Shown here piece after piece: positions 61,411 through 64,000 of a stretch of 64,000 bases of DNA. Below the pieces are notes generated by a model. The model saw only the letters and a program-made list of their open reading frames with translations. It searched no databases and was not told where the DNA came from. A program made the translations under genes and the position numbers. Numbering within the stretch: position 1 is the stretch's first letter; each line of letters opens with the position of its first letter. This DNA is from Thermoplasmata archaeon (GTDB lineage Archaea; Thermoplasmatota; Thermoplasmata; RBG-16-68-12; JAFNFQ01), in assembly GCA_041489255.1 (NCBI GenBank), contig JBGPQV010000002.1, positions 128,001 through 192,000 of the forward strand, in the 5' to 3' direction.

Positions 61411-64000
61411 ATGGAGCGAGTCGATTGGGTTGGTCGAAACGGCGGTCACCTGCGCGCCGTCACGTTCGCGTGCCTGCTCCTCTCGTCGGCCACACTCTTG
61501 GCTCCTGGGCTCACCCGGGACGCGGCAGCTCTGCAGATCCGATTCAGCAGACCCAACGTGCTGGTGGACAACGGCGGGGCAAACGTCGAAGGATCTCCGG
61601 CCGGAGGCCCTTCGATGGCCGTCGGCGTCGATGGCATTCTCCACGCCGTCTGGAGCGACAGCAGATCAATCACCGAGAAGGGCATCTACTACGCCCAGTC
61701 ATTCGATGAAGGGGCCTCCTGGACCATGAAGGCGCGAATCGACGGTTCGACCGGATCCAACAATGTGGCCCCCTCCATCGCGGTCGACACCTCGATGGGG
61801 GCTCACAGCGGCAACATCTACATCGTTTGGCAAAGGGGCGAGATGACGAGCGCCGACATCAACTTCGTCATGTCGGCCGATGGCGGCTTGACCTGGGTGA
61901 ACAGAAACAGGATCGACTCCGCCCCTCTCAACGTCCCGAGCATGTACCCCCGAATCACGGTCGATGGTCTCGGGACGGTGTACGTTGCCTTCATGGACGG
62001 GGGGGGCGCGAATGAGGACATATATTTCGCCAGGTCGGACACGGGCGGCTCCTCGTGGACGCCGGACACTCTTATTTCGAATGATGCCTCTGTCAATTTC
62101 TACCCAGCAATCTCTTCGTGCGGCACGCTCGTCGGGGTCGCCTGGGAGGAGAGAGACACTGCGGGAGTGAAGCTGCTCGTTGCGGTATCAAGCGACAAGG
62201 GCGCGACTTGGCTGAGGAACTCGATTATCTCCATTAGCTCTGGACTGGGGAACCTCGGTTGGGTTTCGCTCGCCGTGGACGACAAGGGCAAGCTTCATGC
62301 GTCCTGGACTCTCGTCGACCCATCCGGAATCCAATCGGTCGTCTACTCGCAGTCGGATGACAAGGGCGTCACCTGGTCCTCCCCCGTCCAGGTCAGCGAC
62401 AACTCGCCGAACCGCTCATACTATGCGGACAGCTCGACCGTTCTGGCCACCCCGAGCATCCTTTACGTTGTGTGGACCGACAGCAGGAACGGCGACTCCG
62501 ATATCTTTGCATCGTGGTCAATGGACAACGGAGCGACGTGGGGCGACGGGATTCCGGGCAACGATGTCAGAGTGGACGACACGGATAACAACGGCCCGTT
62601 GACGGACGACGCCACGATCCAGACCGCCCCTGGGGCAGCCTCATCGAGGTTCGGCCTTTACGTCATATGGTCGGACATGAGGGACGGGGCTTCCTTCCGC
62701 GCATACGCCGCGACTTTTCAGGTCGGAGAGGTACTCATCACTGAGGTGCGGGACGCACCTGATGGCGTGGAGAGCATCGAGTTCTTCAATCGCATGACGT
62801 ACATCATGGACGTCACCGGCTGGCATCTGGACATCGATGGCTCGCCTTTCTCGCTCAGCCCAATCGGCTCGATCCCGCCGGGGGGATACCGCACCGTGGG
62901 GGACGATCCTTCCTCGGACTTGCAGATAGACGTCACTCTCGATGACGAGGGCGGGACTCTGCAGCTCTTCGACCAGGCAGGTGTGCTTCGCGATTCGATG
63001 GCTTACGGGCAGAGGGGGCCCGCGCCAGACCCGCTCACCCTTGAGTCGGTCGCCAGGGTGTACCACGGCGGCGCATACCGCGAGTACTGGACCAGGGCGA
63101 AGTCGCCGACATTCAGGATGCAGAATGGCGGGTCCATCCCTGATTCGAGCTCGGGCGTCGTGATCAACGAGGTGTTCTACAATGCCGGCAATCCAGCCCT
63201 GCGGTTCGTCGAGCTCTATTACAGGGGAGACAGTTCCGCGGACATGACGGGCTTCGACCTTGTTGGCGATGCGACCTACACCCTCCCCGCAGTGACACTG
63301 AACACGACCAACCGGTACCTCGTGATCTCTCCGACTCAGGCACCAGGACTGTTCAGCGCCTTGGATGCAGCGGGAGACAACCTCTATCTGTACGATTCCG
63401 CGGGAGCTCTGGTCGACATGGTCGGCTGGACGGCGCCCCACTCGCAGGGCGAGAGCGCGTGCCGCGCCCCCGAGGGCTTCGGACTGCCGGAAGGGTACGA
63501 CGATGCCTCGTCGTCGGTTTCAGGCTGGCGGTTCGACTGCGTCCCGAGCCCGCATCTCATCGGCATAGGCCCCCCTGGCACGGTCCTCGCGAGAATGGGA
63601 GATACCGTTGAACGCAATCTCACCGTGGTCAACTTCATGGACGTGCCGGCATTGGTGGACCTCAGCTGGAATGCACCGCCCCCGGAATGGACCGTCGGCA
63701 TCTTCGCCTCCGACGGCGTGACACCGCTCGCGGACACGAACATGGACTCCTGGCCCGATGTCAGCCTCGGGAGATCCGGCACGGGAAGCGGAACGGTCAA
63801 GATTGTGGTGAGAATCGGGACCCGAGCCACCGCCGAATCAAACGACACCGTCCTGACGCGCGTTGTCGCCGTGGCCCAGCCGGAAGGCAGAGACAGCGTT
63901 GACCTTGTCACCGGCTTCTATCCGTACCTTGCCATCAACCGCTCCGCGAACCCGAAAGAGGTGTACGTGCGCGGGACGGGCTATGGTGAAGAGACGACGA
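61411..64000 (+). CDS. Large surface protein (BNR/Asp-box propeller plus lamin-tail-like domains), 3'-truncated by the window edge and absent from the ORF track
   Basis: Frame open from ATG 61411 to the end; signal peptide; SFDEGASW, SADGGLTW, SDKGATW, SDDKGVTW, SMDNGATW; VVINEVFYN. Confidence 0.85.
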   Translation, partial: MERVDWVGRNGGHLRAVTFACLLLSSATLLAPGLTRDAAALQIRFSRPNVLVDNGGANVEGSPAGGPSMAVGVDGILHAVWSDSRSITEKGIYYAQSFDEGASWTMKARIDGSTGSNNVAPSIAVDTSMGAHSGNIYIVWQRGEMTSADINFVMSADGGLTWVNRNRIDSAPLNVPSMYPRITVDGLGTVYVAFMDGGGANEDIYFARSDTGGSSWTPDTLISNDASVNFYPAISSCGTLVGVAWEERDTAGVKLLVAVSSDKGATWLRNSIISISSGLGNLGWVSLAVDDKGKLHASWTLVDPSGIQSVVYSQSDDKGVTWSSPVQVSDNSPNRSYYADSSTVLATPSILYVVWTDSRNGDSDIFASWSMDNGATWGDGIPGNDVRVDDTDNNGPLTDDATIQTAPGAASSRFGLYVIWSDMRDGASFRAYAATFQVGEVLITEVRDAPDGVESIEFFNRMTYIMDVTGWHLDIDGSPFSLSPIGSIPPGGYRTVGDDPSSDLQIDVTLDDEGGTLQLFDQAGVLRDSMAYGQRGPAPDPLTLESVARVYHGGAYREYWTRAKSPTFRMQNGGSIPDSSSGVVINEVFYNAGNPALRFVELYYRGDSSADMTGFDLVGDATYTLPAVTLNTTNRYLVISPTQAPGLFSALDAAGDNLYLYDSAGALVDMVGWTAPHSQGESACRAPEGFGLPEGYDDASSSVSGWRFDCVPSPHLIGIGPPGTVLARMGDTVERNLTVVNFMDVPALVDLSWNAPPPEWTVGIFASDGVTPLADTNMDSWPDVSLGRSGTGSGTVKIVVRIGTRATAESNDTVLTRVVAVAQPEGRDSVDLVTGFYPYLAINRSANPKEVYVRGTGYGEETT

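Overview
GC-rich archaeal chromosomal segment, most likely Thermoplasmatota (inferred from a Thermoplasma-type zinc ferredoxin, class I LysRS, GGGP/DGGGP lipid synthases, Hel308, Cgi121, rps13-rps4-rps11-rpo3 and many large PKD/BNR/Big_5 surface proteins). It holds about 55 genes: housekeeping and energy genes (two 2-oxoacid:ferredoxin oxidoreductase pairs, pyrD/pyrK, tungstate TupABC, pdxT), two intact tRNAs, one tRNA fragment, a VapBC-type pair and several giant membrane proteins. Three highlights. (1) A full-length bacterial-type glutaminyl-tRNA synthetase, an enzyme archaea classically lack, sits right behind a tRNA-Gln(CUG) with G73/A15 features under an archaeal TATA promoter, next to a 5'-truncated second tRNA-Gln. 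(2) Two unrelated non-coding arrays have a 21-bp period and palindromic cores (about 17 and about 27 units). (3) Two tandem giant surface proteins end in cytoplasmic double winged-helix domains. No CRISPR array, integrase or transposase was seen. All calls come from reading the sequence and recalling motifs; no searches were run.
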